A DNA stretch of 64,000 nt from Bacteroidota bacterium (GCA_947460595.1 CANHGS010000003.1:114707-178706), one strand, 5' to 3'; positions 38,511 through 51,536 are shown, numbered from the stretch's first letter. Notes: a model not told the origin generated them from the letters alone. Translations and numbers: made by a program.

Positions 38511-39665
38511 ATGATTGCTGCACAATCTGCTTTTTCGGATTCCAAAAAGCACTTACTTATTTTAGACGCATTGCGAGGTATTGCTGCCATTATGGTAGTG
38601 AGTATGCATACTTTTGAAATTTTTTGTGCAGGAGATTATCATAAGTTGATCATTAATCATGGCTATTTAGCAGTTGACTTTTTCTTTATGCTTTCTGGGT
38701 ATGTAATGGCACATGCTTATGACGATAGATGGGGTAGCATGACCATCAAAGATTTTTTTAAAAGAAGACTGATAAGATTGCATCCATTGATTATTCTAGG
38801 AATGGCTTTGGGTGCCACCTTTTTTTATTATCAGCAATCCGCATTTTTCCCAAAAATTGCCGGCACTCCGGTGTCAAGCCTAATCTTGGTAATGTTGATT
38901 GGTTTTACTTTAATTCCCATTCCACCAACCATGGATATTCGCGGTTGGAATGAAATGCATCCTTTGAATGGTCCAGCCTGGTCACTGTTTTTTGAATACC
39001 TAGCTAATATTTTACACGTATTTGTATTGAGAAAATTACCCAATCTGTTTTTGGCATTATTGGTAGTGTTAGCAGGTGCAAACTTATATTACGTGGCAAT
39101 TACCAGCCCTACCGGTGATCTAATTGGAGGATGGTCATTAGAACCCCAACAATTGGCCATTGGCTTCACCCGACTACTATTCCCTTATATGGCAGGCATG
39201 TTGCTTAGAAGAATGGTCAAAACTCAAACAGAGAAAAACACCTTCTTTGTAGCCAGCATTTTATTGATCTTGGTTTTGGCTTCCCCAAGGGTTGGCGATC
39301 ATAGCAATGTTTGGCTCAACGGCTTATATGAAGCTTTGATCTTGTCGTTGGTATTTCCTATGATCATTTATCTAGGAGCCATTGGAAAAATTACTAACCC
39401 CATGATTCAAAAATGCTGTGTTGCCCTTGGCGATATCTCTTATCCGCTTTACATCACACATTTTCCTTTTATCTGCATGTTTTATGCTTGGGTATCTAAT
39501 AATAAAGTTCCTTTGGCATTGGGTGTAAAAGTGGGAATACCCTTAATCATTGCTACCATCGGCATTGCCTACTTGGCTTTAAAACTCTATGACCTGCCCA
39601 TTAGAAAATGGTTGGCAAAAGGTTTTTTGCAACAGAAACTTGCTACAAATAAAATTTCATCTTGA
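38511..39665 (+). CDS. Acyltransferase 3 family membrane protein
   Basis: LDALRGIAA, AVDFFFMLSGY, RRLIRLHP, WSLFFEY, GDISYPLYITH. Confidence 0.9.
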   Translation: MIAAQSAFSDSKKHLLILDALRGIAAIMVVSMHTFEIFCAGDYHKLIINHGYLAVDFFFMLSGYVMAHAYDDRWGSMTIKDFFKRRLIRLHPLIILGMALGATFFYYQQSAFFPKIAGTPVSSLILVMLIGFTLIPIPPTMDIRGWNEMHPLNGPAWSLFFEYLANILHVFVLRKLPNLFLALLVVLAGANLYYVAITSPTGDLIGGWSLEPQQLAIGFTRLLFPYMAGMLLRRMVKTQTEKNTFFVASILLILVLASPRVGDHSNVWLNGLYEALILSLVFPMIIYLGAIGKITNPMIQKCCVALGDISYPLYITHFPFICMFYAWVSNNKVPLALGVKVGIPLIIATIGIAYLALKLYDLPIRKWLAKGFLQQKLATNKISS

Positions 39666-39912
39666 TTAACCAAAATAAAACAGCGCAAATTCAACGTGTT
39701 GCAAAAATGAGTTTTGCATCGGTTTACCCGCTCTATATAGCCAAGGGAAAAAAGATGGAAAAGATTTTACGCTAAGGTTTAGGTTAACTTCCTATAAGAA
39801 TTGAACCATGGATCTAATTCTGTGAATTATCCAAGTTTAATGATTAATTGTGCTAAGACAATTACTAGCCATGTATCTAGCTTTGTTAGATAGTCTCATG
39901 CAATACTATTTT

Positions 39913-40578
39913 ATGAAAATTACACTTCACTATCAGCGTATCTATTTGGTGGTAATATCTTTCTTTATAATTATCGCATGCAATACCAAAGAACCCAATA
40001 CAGCTATGACTACTTCAAAAGAATATGCCGCAGCGGGAATAAAAACCATTGAAAATATGCAGACTGCCTATAAGGGTGAAAAGACTGCCACTGCTAAGTA
40101 TGAGGCATTTTCTAAAAAAGCCGAAACAGAGGGCTATCATTTAATAGCATTACTATATAACGCTGTGTCTGCCGCTGAAAATATTCATGCCATGAATCAC
40201 AAATCCGTGATTGAAGATGCTGGTGGTATTGCGGCAGTGATTGTACCAGAATTCAAAGTAAAATCTACTAAGGAGAATTTGTCAGAAGATATTAATGGAG
40301 AGGCTTATGAAGCAAAAACCATGTACCCCGATTTTTTGAAAACAGCAGAGATAGCTGGTAATCAAATTGCCTTATTAAGTCTAACCTATGCCATGAAAAC
40401 AGAACAGAAACACAAGGTCTTTTTTGAAAAAGCCCTTGGTGATTTGAATAGTAATACCCTGTTGAGTTTGCCACCCAAATACCAAGTTTGTCCAGTTTGT
40501 GGCAATACCTATACAGAAGCTCCAAAACATTGTGACTTTTCATTAACGCCAAGAGAGTCCTTCCTCATTTTTCAATAA
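39913..40578 (+). CDS. Rubrerythrin-family protein with lipoprotein signal
   Basis: IIIAC lipobox; di-iron motifs GE, ENIH, GEAYE, EQKH; CPVC...CDFS; start at ATG 39913. Confidence 0.8.
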   Translation: MKITLHYQRIYLVVISFFIIIACNTKEPNTAMTTSKEYAAAGIKTIENMQTAYKGEKTATAKYEAFSKKAETEGYHLIALLYNAVSAAENIHAMNHKSVIEDAGGIAAVIVPEFKVKSTKENLSEDINGEAYEAKTMYPDFLKTAEIAGNQIALLSLTYAMKTEQKHKVFFEKALGDLNSNTLLSLPPKYQVCPVCGNTYTEAPKHCDFSLTPRESFLIFQ

Positions 40579-40596
40579 AATACCCCATTTTTAAAA

Positions 40597-40770
40597 ATGA
40601 AAATTATGGCTAACGCAATTACAATTGGTATTTTTATTGGAATAGCATTGCTGGTAATTATTTTGCTTTCCCTCAGGAATAAGAAAGACGAACAGCTAAT
40701 AAATCCTGATGCAGAAGATGCTGTTGAAGAACTGATGATGGATCAACAACGTAGAAAGGATAAAATCTAA
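40597..40770 (+). CDS. 57-aa single-pass membrane protein, not in the ORF track
   Basis: MKIMANAITIGIFIGIALLVIILLSLRNKKDEQLINPDAEDAVEELMMDQQRRKDKI*. Confidence 0.55.
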   Translation: MKIMANAITIGIFIGIALLVIILLSLRNKKDEQLINPDAEDAVEELMMDQQRRKDKI

Positions 40771-40834
40771 CCGGCACTATCAGGACGGTTAACTGCGCCT
40801 ATTTTAGTACATTTCAGAACTAAATAGAAGCCTC

Positions 40835-43267
40835 ATGTTAGTCAGATTTTGCGCCGCCATTTTAATCCAATTGGTCTTATTGCAATCGGCCACAGCCCAG
40901 ACCAGAACCGTATTAGAATTAAAAGAAGGCTGGAAGTTTGCTAAGGGTAATCAGAAACAAGCCTATCAAACAAATTTCAATGACAGGGATTGGCAAACAG
41001 TTAATGTACCACATGACTGGGCTATCTATGGACCCTTTGACAAAGAGATAGACAAACAAGTAGTAGCCATTACCCAAAATGGAGAGAAAAAAGCCACAGA
41101 AAAAACAGGCAGAACGGGTGCCCTACCCTATATTGGGGAAGGATGGTATCGGAAAAATTTTGACTTGGCACCACTAAAGCCAGGACAAAAAGTCACGGTG
41201 ATTTTTGATGGTGCCATGAGTGAACCAAGAGTTTACTTGAATGGACAAAAAGTAGGTGAATGGAATTATGGTTACAACTATTTCTATTTAGACATTACCA
41301 ATCAGTTAGCATCCAATGGAAAAAATGTACTGGCTGTTCATTTGAACAATGTGGGCGAATCTTCTAGGTGGTATCCTGGTGCTGGTTTGTATAGAAATGT
41401 GCGCATTGAAATCAAAAATGAAACAGGTATTGAACAATGGGGTACCTATATCACCACGCCTTTTATTTCTGCGGAACTGGCCAAGGTAAAAATCAAAACC
41501 AAGACAGTAGGCAAGGACCTGCAATTGGTCACTGAAATTCTAGACGCCAACAACAAACGGGTTTCTATAGATACTACAACCACCAAATTTGGTAATGAAT
41601 TTGAACAGGATCTGGCTTTAAAAAATCCAATACTCTGGAGTCCAGAAACGCCCTATCTCTACAAAGCCATTTCAAGGGTTTATCTAAAGGGACAATTAAA
41701 AGACCAACTAACCAGCCGGTTTGGGATTCGCCAAATTAGTTATTTACCAAGCACAGGTTTTAGCCTGAATGGACAAAGCAGAAAATTCAAGGGTGTTTGT
41801 TTGCACCATGACCTTGGACCCTTGGGAGCCGCCATAAATATAGCGGCACTTCGCAGACAACTGCGCATTTTAAAAGACATGGGTTGTGATGCTATTAGAA
41901 GCTCACACAATATGCCATCGCAGGAGCAATTGGATCTTTGTGATGAAATGGGTTTTCTATTCTTAGCAGAAACATTTGACGAGTGGGCCAAGCCAAAAGT
42001 TAAAAATGGCTATGCCCGATATTTTAATACCGATGCAGAAAAAGACGTGGTGAATATGGTGCATGCTACCAGAAACCATCCCTGCATTGTCATGTGGAGT
42101 TCGGGTAATGAAGTACCTGACCAACACTATGCAGAAGGAGTAAAACGCGCCAAATGGTTGCAAGAGATTTTTCATAGAGAAGAGCCTACCCGTCCGGTAA
42201 CCGTTGGGATGGATCAAGTAAAAGCAACTATTCAAAATGGGTTTGGTGCCATACTGGATATACCGGGTTTAAATTATAGAACCAAACTCTATGACGATGC
42301 CTTTAAAGCATTCCCACAAGGATTCTTACTTGGCTCAGAAACCGCTTCTACCGTTAGTTCTAGAGGTATCTATCATTTTCCCGTAAAGGAATATAAAAAC
42401 AAACAGTACCCCGATAATCAATCCTCTTCTTATGATTTAGAATACTGTGATTGGTCTAATTTACCCGATGAGCAATTTGCATTAATTGATGACAAGCCAT
42501 GGGTGTTGGGAGAATTTGTTTGGACCGGTTTTGACTACTTGGGTGAGCCCACTCCTTACGACGAACAATGGCCTTCTAGAAGCTCTTATTTTGGCATCAA
42601 TGATTTGGCGGGTCTACCCAAAGACCGTTTCTATTTGTACAAGAGCAGGTGGAATACCAAGGAAAATACCTTGCATATTTTACCGCATTGGAATTGGGCT
42701 GGTAGAGAAGGAGAAACCACACCGGTATTTGTGTACACCAACTATGACAAGGCAGAATTATTTGTCAATGGAAAGAGCATGGGGGTGCAAGAAAAAAACA
42801 ATAGCAGTTGGTTAAACCGTTATAGACTCATGTGGATGGATGTAAAATATGAACCAGGCACTGTAAAAGTAGTGGCTTATGACAAACAAGGAAAAGCTGT
42901 AATGGAGAAAAGCATTGTTACGGCAGATAGTCCTAACCAATTGGTCTTAGAAGCAGACAGAAAACAATTAGATGCCAATGGCGATGACTTAAGTTTTGTA
43001 ACAGTTTCCCTAGTAGACAAAAATGGTAATCCCTGCTCTACTGCTGACAATGAATTGAGTTTTAGTGTAACAGGTGCAGGAAGTTTTAAAGCAGTCTGCA
43101 ATGGCGATGCCAGCTCCTTGGTGCCCTTTCAATCCACTACTATGAAGGCCTTTAGCGGTAAACTGGTAGTCTTAGTTCAGAGCAGTAAGCAAGCTGGAGA
43201 AATGACACTTACCGTAACTGGTAAAGGAATTAATACAGGAAGCATTAAATTGCAATCCATCAAGTGA
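40835..43267 (+). CDS. GH2 beta-galactosidase-like glycoside hydrolase
   Basis: VPHDWAI, SRWYPGAGLYR, GVCLHHDLG, IRSSHN, WSSGNEV, SETAS, WTGFDYLGEPTP. Confidence 0.92.
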   Translation: MLVRFCAAILIQLVLLQSATAQTRTVLELKEGWKFAKGNQKQAYQTNFNDRDWQTVNVPHDWAIYGPFDKEIDKQVVAITQNGEKKATEKTGRTGALPYIGEGWYRKNFDLAPLKPGQKVTVIFDGAMSEPRVYLNGQKVGEWNYGYNYFYLDITNQLASNGKNVLAVHLNNVGESSRWYPGAGLYRNVRIEIKNETGIEQWGTYITTPFISAELAKVKIKTKTVGKDLQLVTEILDANNKRVSIDTTTTKFGNEFEQDLALKNPILWSPETPYLYKAISRVYLKGQLKDQLTSRFGIRQISYLPSTGFSLNGQSRKFKGVCLHHDLGPLGAAINIAALRRQLRILKDMGCDAIRSSHNMPSQEQLDLCDEMGFLFLAETFDEWAKPKVKNGYARYFNTDAEKDVVNMVHATRNHPCIVMWSSGNEVPDQHYAEGVKRAKWLQEIFHREEPTRPVTVGMDQVKATIQNGFGAILDIPGLNYRTKLYDDAFKAFPQGFLLGSETASTVSSRGIYHFPVKEYKNKQYPDNQSSSYDLEYCDWSNLPDEQFALIDDKPWVLGEFVWTGFDYLGEPTPYDEQWPSRSSYFGINDLAGLPKDRFYLYKSRWNTKENTLHILPHWNWAGREGETTPVFVYTNYDKAELFVNGKSMGVQEKNNSSWLNRYRLMWMDVKYEPGTVKVVAYDKQGKAVMEKSIVTADSPNQLVLEADRKQLDANGDDLSFVTVSLVDKNGNPCSTADNELSFSVTGAGSFKAVCNGDASSLVPFQSTTMKAFSGKLVVLVQSSKQAGEMTLTVTGKGINTGSIKLQSIK

Positions 43268-44202
43268 ACATACAACAACTAGAATATATTATTGCCGTTG
43301 ATAGGTTTAAAAGCTTTACTAAAGCTGCGGAGCACTGTCATGTGGCACAGGCAACCTTGAGTGCCATGGTTAAAAAATTGGAGGAAGAGTTGGGCGCCGT
43401 GATTTTTGATAGAAAACAAAATCCCATTCTCACTACAGATATTGGCTTACAGATTTTAAAAGAAGCCCATAGCATTTTAGAACATAGTAGAATCTTAAAA
43501 GAAAAAGCTAGACAGGATCAACCTGAAATTGAGGGGCATATTAAGATTGGGATTATACCAACTATTGCCAATACCCTATTACCCAAGATTATTCAAGAAC
43601 TACTCAACAGTTATCCCAAACTAAGTTTTGAAATTTTGGAGATCAACACCAATGCTATCTTGGAACAATTAAAGGAAGAAAGTATTGATATGGGTATTCT
43701 TTCTACACCCATTGAACACAGTGGTATGGAAGAAGAAATTCTCTATTATGAAACGCTCTTGGTTTATGGTAAAACCGATTCCAAAAAGAAATACTTACTT
43801 CCAGATGAGATAAAGGACCATAAGATTTGGTTACTAGAAGAAGGGCATTGTTTGCGCGAACAGTTTATCAATCTCTGTGCTTTAAAAAAGAAGGAACTCA
43901 AACACAAGAACCTGCAGTTTCAAGCCAATAGCTTTGATACTTTACTAAATATGGTGGATGAATTTGGAGGACTTACCTTGATTCCAGAACTCTATTATCA
44001 AAGTTTGTCAGCAGAGAGAAAATCTAGGATCAGCTTTTTTCACAAGCCCTTTCCGGTAAGAGAAGTAAGTATTTTATACTATCGGCCTTATGCCAAAAAG
44101 CATTTGATCTTGGCCATTGCTACACTGATTAGAAAGCTAGTGGGCAAGCAGTTAAAAGCCAACAAGTACAAGAACAACGAACTCAATATTGTAGAAATCT
44201 AA
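43264..44202 (+). CDS. oxyR: OxyR, LysR-family peroxide sensor
   Basis: LysR HTH (MNIQQLEY...QATLS); LLEEGHCLREQFINLC with both redox cysteines 9 apart; adjacent to katG. Confidence 0.85.
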   Translation: MNIQQLEYIIAVDRFKSFTKAAEHCHVAQATLSAMVKKLEEELGAVIFDRKQNPILTTDIGLQILKEAHSILEHSRILKEKARQDQPEIEGHIKIGIIPTIANTLLPKIIQELLNSYPKLSFEILEINTNAILEQLKEESIDMGILSTPIEHSGMEEEILYYETLLVYGKTDSKKKYLLPDEIKDHKIWLLEEGHCLREQFINLCALKKKELKHKNLQFQANSFDTLLNMVDEFGGLTLIPELYYQSLSAERKSRISFFHKPFPVREVSILYYRPYAKKHLILAIATLIRKLVGKQLKANKYKNNELNIVEI

Positions 44203-44206
44203 CAAA

Positions 44207-44235
44207 AAGAGTCCCCGATATTGTCGGGGACTCTT
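44207..44235 (-). terminator. Terminator between convergent oxyR and katG
   Basis: Perfect 12-bp stem AAGAGTCCCCGA / TCGGGGACTCTT, T-run on minus strand. Confidence 0.75.
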
Positions 44236-44255
44236 AGTTTATCATTAGTAAAATA

Positions 44256-46541
<2,286 letters not shown>

Positions 46542-46555
46542 TTAAATGAACACAC

Positions 46556-46574
46556 CCATAGATGGCGTCTATGG
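46556..46574. promoter_or_regulatory. OxyR-type operator half (ATAG-N7-CTAT) upstream of katG
   Basis: CCATAG-ATGGCGT-CTATGG, ~85-100 bp upstream of the katG start. Confidence 0.6.
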
Positions 46575-48983
46575 CTTCAACAGCATCCTACCTATCTTCT
46601 TTTTCTCTACTTCATTTCTTTGGGTTAGCTCCGGACGCTTGCCTCCCTGTGCAAATAATAATGCTTGGTCATCATAGTGCGGGCTCAAAAAGAAACCGGA
46701 CTGACCAGTAGGATTCACACTCATGGCCCCTGCGGGATTACCAAAATCTATGACCCTGCGCAAAGCTGGTCCGTAGACTACTTTGTAAAGCCCCGTGCTA
46801 TCCAAATTAAAGTCTAGGTTGTTAATGGTTTCTCTACCACCCATCAGTGGAATGGGCCCTACGTTAAACCATTTACCTACAACCGGTAAAATACCCAATG
46901 GGTGTTTGTGTTCTAGGGTATGTACTTTTTTCCACTGCCAGTTGGCGGTATTTTCTCCTAGTTGTTTTACCAATTGATCAGCAGCATCATTCATGGCACG
47001 CGTAAAAATTTGAGCCCTGGTTTCTTTTTCTGGGGTATGAATATTGTTCCACCATTTAGAACTATCGTTTAGAAATAAGCTAACCGTATTGCGTTTTAAG
47101 CTGGCTTGATTTTCAAATTGACTAAAAGTCTCAGCACCCAATTCATCTTCCATGGCATATTTCAAAATCAGGTAATTGAATTTGTAATAGATGGCTGGTT
47201 CAATATTTTCCAATCCATGTGCACCATCCCATTTGCGCAAAATACTTATGGCATTGCGGGCTGCAGGGCTTAGCTTTTCTTGACTCACCAAGGGTAAAAT
47301 CTTAGCCAACAATGGCGGATAGGTGCTACTGGTGACGTCATTAATAGTAGCACGCACACTCTCTTCCTCCCAGTCTTTTTTATCCGTGAAAACCAATTCC
47401 TCAATGCGCTTGGCGCGATTGGCTGGTACATAATATCCCGGCACCAATCCAGTTCCCATGTCTTGTGGTTGGTTATTGGCCGTGTACAACACACCACGAG
47501 GGGGATTGAGGATTTGTGGGTTCTGTTTAAAGTCAAGCCAACCTTGTGGATCATCCAATCCAGTGGAACCATCTAAGATGAGTTGTGGATTTACATGCGC
47601 GGGTCTAATGGGTAATTTACCCGCAGCCCACCAAGCAATATTTCCAGCCGTATCGCCCCACATAAAATTCAAACCAGGTGCGGTCAATGGTTCTACCGCA
47701 ACAGCAGCATCGGCTGCATTATTAGCATGACTTAAATTATAGAAGACTTGTAAATGCCTGGATGGAAATTGGTGATAGACCCACCAAAGTGCAATAGGCT
47801 CTGCCATCTCTTTAACCCCATCAAATGCGCCATTCATAATATAGCCATGTCTGGATTTTTTTACTTCAAAAACTGCATCAGGGTCGCCCTTTACCTTAAT
47901 GATTTCTTTGCGCACTGTCAAGTCTTCCCAATGGTCTTTATACCAGACCTGATTGGCATTGGCGGGATTGGCTTTCTCTTTGAAAAAATCCGCGTCATCA
48001 TTTTCAAACATGGTCAGCCCCCATCCTCCTTTGTCTGAATGACCCAGTGCTGGAACAGGTGTGCCTGCTAGAAAATTACCATAGACTTTATAACCAGGGC
48101 ATTCTAATGCGGCTTCATACCAAACCGATGGTTGTGCAAATGCAATATGCGTATCGTTTGAAAGAATGGGTTTGCCAGACTTGGTTTTGGAACCCGCAAT
48201 CACCCAACCATTAGAACCAAAGAAGGGCGGATAAGGTAGGTTCTCTTGTAACCTACCCACTTGTGCAGCCATGCTGGTCAGGTTCTTAGCAGATGCTTGC
48301 AGCGATGCTTTTTCAGAAGCTTGCACTGGAATCAACTGGGTGCTATCGGGCCAATTTTGTAAAACATCATTAAAATAGTCCATGCCAAATTTACTAGCAA
48401 TGGTAGTGGCTACTGCTTCTGCACGGAAGGCGCCCACAAAAGTATAACCCATGAATCCCACAATAATCTCCATGTCTTCCATGGTGAATTCCGTTTTGGG
48501 AATTCCTGCAATAGTATATTCAATTGGTGTCTTGCCCGCCTTGATATATTGGTTAATGCCTTTTAAATACGCTTTGGCTGCTTTTACAAATGGCGCATTG
48601 GGATCTTTGTATACTTCCGCCAAAGTAATTTTTGCCTGCTCTCTAAAACTGAGCATTCTAAAAAACTTGTCCGAGGCCAAAGCCTTGTCACCAAAGAGTT
48701 CAGCCAACCTACCATCGGCCAAGCGACGTAGCATTTCCATTTGAAACAAACGGTCCTGCGCGTGTACATAACCAAAAGCATAGAACAGGTCTTCTTCATT
48801 CTGCGCATAAATATGTGGTATGGCATAGTTATCATACAACACTTCTACTTCTGCGCTCAAACCGGGTAGTTGCAAGTTGGCGTTATAATCCGTTTTCAAA
48901 GATTTCAAATAAAAATAACTGCCTGCTCCGGCAACAATAATCAGGATCAACAAGGTAAGTAGAATGCGTTTGAACAGTTTCAT
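46569..48983 (-). CDS. Penicillin acylase family (S45) Ntn hydrolase
   Basis: IPHIYAQNEEDLFYAFGYVHAQDRLFQM, GSNGWVIAG..TKSGKPILSNDTH, TGQSG...SPHYDDQ. Confidence 0.9.
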   Translation of the reverse strand: MKLFKRILLTLLILIIVAGAGSYFYLKSLKTDYNANLQLPGLSAEVEVLYDNYAIPHIYAQNEEDLFYAFGYVHAQDRLFQMEMLRRLADGRLAELFGDKALASDKFFRMLSFREQAKITLAEVYKDPNAPFVKAAKAYLKGINQYIKAGKTPIEYTIAGIPKTEFTMEDMEIIVGFMGYTFVGAFRAEAVATTIASKFGMDYFNDVLQNWPDSTQLIPVQASEKASLQASAKNLTSMAAQVGRLQENLPYPPFFGSNGWVIAGSKTKSGKPILSNDTHIAFAQPSVWYEAALECPGYKVYGNFLAGTPVPALGHSDKGGWGLTMFENDDADFFKEKANPANANQVWYKDHWEDLTVRKEIIKVKGDPDAVFEVKKSRHGYIMNGAFDGVKEMAEPIALWWVYHQFPSRHLQVFYNLSHANNAADAAVAVEPLTAPGLNFMWGDTAGNIAWWAAGKLPIRPAHVNPQLILDGSTGLDDPQGWLDFKQNPQILNPPRGVLYTANNQPQDMGTGLVPGYYVPANRAKRIEELVFTDKKDWEEESVRATINDVTSSTYPPLLAKILPLVSQEKLSPAARNAISILRKWDGAHGLENIEPAIYYKFNYLILKYAMEDELGAETFSQFENQASLKRNTVSLFLNDSSKWWNNIHTPEKETRAQIFTRAMNDAADQLVKQLGENTANWQWKKVHTLEHKHPLGILPVVGKWFNVGPIPLMGGRETINNLDFNLDSTGLYKVVYGPALRRVIDFGNPAGAMSVNPTGQSGFFLSPHYDDQALLFAQGGKRPELTQRNEVEKKKIGRMLLKP

Positions 48984-49033
48984 AGCAAGAATTTATAGGG
49001 AAGTAAGTTAGAAAAAAGCACGCAAAGACTTTG

Positions 49034-50455
49034 TTAGGATTTGGTTGTTTTCTTTTTAGACAGAAAATAAATAGGAATACCCATGGCTGTGATTAACAAT
49101 CCTAACAAAGAATTTATAATAGGTGCAGTTCCAGCTTGGTACTGTTGAATATCTGTAATCAGGGTACTGCATAAAAAGAAAGCCACAAATGATACAAAAC
49201 AAATGGGCACTAAAGGATAGCCCCAAACCTTGTATTGGCGGGGAAAATCTTTCATTCGGCTTCTCAACAAAAATACCCCCAGGCCACTCATGCCATAAAA
49301 AAACCAGCTCACAAAAATGAGCATATCGGTAAGCATATCAAAAGAACCACTAATAATCAACACAACAGTCCAAATGGCATTTAGCCAAAGTGCATTCCCA
49401 GGAGTTTGAAACTTAGGCTGAGTCTTTCCTGCCCATGCAAATAATTTATTTCCATCGCCCATGGCATAAGTTACCCTTGAAGTTGCCAATACATTGGCAT
49501 TGGTAGAACCCAGTGTAGAAAGAATGATCATCAATGCAATTAAGGCGCCACCTATCAACCCCCAAGTAACGGTAGCGGCATCTGATGCCACTAAGGATGA
49601 TGTTGCTAATTGTCCAAAGGGCAATACATAGATATACGCTAGGTTCACCAAGGTATATACCAGTATACAAAAGCTCAATCCTAGAAATAAACTGCGCGGA
49701 ATATTGCGCTGTGGGTTTTTTACTTCACCCGCTACAAAACAAATGTTGTTCCAGCCATCGTATCCCCAAAAAGCGCCTGAAATAGCCGCCATATAAGCAC
49801 CTACCATGGCCCATCCTTGTGGCATAGTGGGTAATGTTTCATGCAAGTGTTGCATAGATCCCTTACCTGAAAACAGAATTCCTCCAATTAAAACAACAAT
49901 AGCAACCGCTTTTAAAATAGTGAGAAAACGTTGCAAAGCACCGCCATAGTTTACACTGAAATAATTGATAGTGGTGAGTATTAAAATCAAAAAAATGGTT
50001 ACTGATTTTACCCCTAAATTTTCTAATGGATGAATATCACCCACATAAGGAATATGCCAAATGGTTGCAAGTTCAACAGCAGGTGCTAGTCTTGGCAGTT
50101 CTACAAAATAATTGATATACTGAGAGAAAACCCATGCTATAGAAGCGTTTCCTGCGGTATTGAATACGGCAAATGCACTCCATCCATAGAGAAAGGCAAA
50201 TCCATTGCCATACATTTTTTGAAAGAACACGTATTGCCCACCGGTCTCTGGAAACATGCAGGCTACCTCTGCATTGCTGAGTGCCCCAAACAAAGTAACC
50301 ACACCTGCCAATACCCATGCACTTAGTAATAACCAAGGAGATCCCACTTGAGAAGCCATAATTGCTGGCTTCATAAATATACCTGAGCCAATAATCCCTC
50401 CGATTACTAAGGCAATAGTAGTATTAGCTGATAAACTGCGCTTGAGTTCACTCAT
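49034..50455 (-). CDS. APC-family amino acid permease
   Basis: IIGSGIF, PETGGQY, WGYDGW, EVKNPQRNIP, about 12 hydrophobic segments. Confidence 0.9.
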   Translation of the reverse strand: MSELKRSLSANTTIALVIGGIIGSGIFMKPAIMASQVGSPWLLLSAWVLAGVVTLFGALSNAEVACMFPETGGQYVFFQKMYGNGFAFLYGWSAFAVFNTAGNASIAWVFSQYINYFVELPRLAPAVELATIWHIPYVGDIHPLENLGVKSVTIFLILILTTINYFSVNYGGALQRFLTILKAVAIVVLIGGILFSGKGSMQHLHETLPTMPQGWAMVGAYMAAISGAFWGYDGWNNICFVAGEVKNPQRNIPRSLFLGLSFCILVYTLVNLAYIYVLPFGQLATSSLVASDAATVTWGLIGGALIALMIILSTLGSTNANVLATSRVTYAMGDGNKLFAWAGKTQPKFQTPGNALWLNAIWTVVLIISGSFDMLTDMLIFVSWFFYGMSGLGVFLLRSRMKDFPRQYKVWGYPLVPICFVSFVAFFLCSTLITDIQQYQAGTAPIINSLLGLLITAMGIPIYFLSKKKTTKS

Positions 50456-51536
50456 GCTTGAATGATTGTGCTATCAGGGAATGAAAATGATGAGTACCCT
50501 GTTCTCTGTGCACCGCATACCTTCCGTGTTTGTAAAACCTAGACTTAATGCCTTTTTGAACGTTCTGCACCACTTCCTCGTCTTCTGCTTCTACAGAACT
50601 CAAACCAGCACCAGCGCCTTGATCCAATTTGCTTTTGTCATACACAAAACTGAGGAATCTAACTTTGGTAGTAGCGGGTGTTAATGGTTCAATCAGATTG
50701 AGAGACAATCCCCAAGGATAAAAATTAAACATCAGATTGGGATAGACCCAGAAATAATAAGCAGCCACCTGTTTGCCGTAGTCCGGCGATGAGGCAGGAA
50801 TATCAAAAACCGTATCTGTATCCTTAGCTATTCCTAGTTGCAAATTGGCGTAAGGAAATAATTCGGTGCTATAATTTTTAAAATCAATCACCGCATTTAA
50901 AGCGGGATGCACAAAAGGTATATGAAATCCTTCTAAGTAATTTTCACAATACAATGCCCAATTGGCTTGCACTTCAAACTCTTGTCCCAAGTCTGGGCGA
51001 TGGACCAATTTGTCTAATGGCAACCACGCAACCCGATTCATCATTTCTTGAAAATAAGCCGCAGCAGGCATTACTGGATTCAAACTGGTAAAATACAAAC
51101 CTGCCCATTCAAACAGGGGCAATTGGGCCAGGTGATTGTTTTCTGGAATAAAATTTTCTACATCCCTAAACTCAGGCATTGAAATAAATGTCCCATTCAA
51201 ATGAAACAGTCTTCCATGGTATTTACAACGCAACTGTTTGGTGTTGCAGGCGTCATAACAAAGCAGGTTTCCCCGATGGTTACAGACATTGGGTAAGCAA
51301 TGCGTTTTACCTTCTTGGTCTCTTGTTAATAATAAAGGCTCGTCAAGGTATTTCTCCAACAAGCATAGCGGCTGCACTTGTCCAGGAATGGCAATCTGTT
51401 TTTTATGTCCAATATATTGCCAGCTTTGCGCAAAGATTTTTTCCTTAGACGCTTCAAAATAGGAGGCGTCTAAATAGAATTTCTTGGCAATGGTTTTGGC
51501 TCTGGCAATATTTGGATCTACCTGAAAATCCGACAT
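50448..51536 (-). CDS. Rieske non-heme iron oxygenase alpha subunit (choline monooxygenase-like)
   Basis: Rieske CNH...CKYH; mononuclear site ENYLEGFHIPFVH and EDEEVV. Confidence 0.88.
   Translation of the reverse strand: MSDFQVDPNIARAKTIAKKFYLDASYFEASKEKIFAQSWQYIGHKKQIAIPGQVQPLCLLEKYLDEPLLLTRDQEGKTHCLPNVCNHRGNLLCYDACNTKQLRCKYHGRLFHLNGTFISMPEFRDVENFIPENNHLAQLPLFEWAGLYFTSLNPVMPAAAYFQEMMNRVAWLPLDKLVHRPDLGQEFEVQANWALYCENYLEGFHIPFVHPALNAVIDFKNYSTELFPYANLQLGIAKDTDTVFDIPASSPDYGKQVAAYYFWVYPNLMFNFYPWGLSLNLIEPLTPATTKVRFLSFVYDKSKLDQGAGAGLSSVEAEDEEVVQNVQKGIKSRFYKHGRYAVHREQGTHHFHSLIAQSFKHE

Noticed and set aside
46569-48983. Acylase as an antibiotic-resistance or quorum-quenching gene
   Set aside because: Family membership alone does not give the substrate
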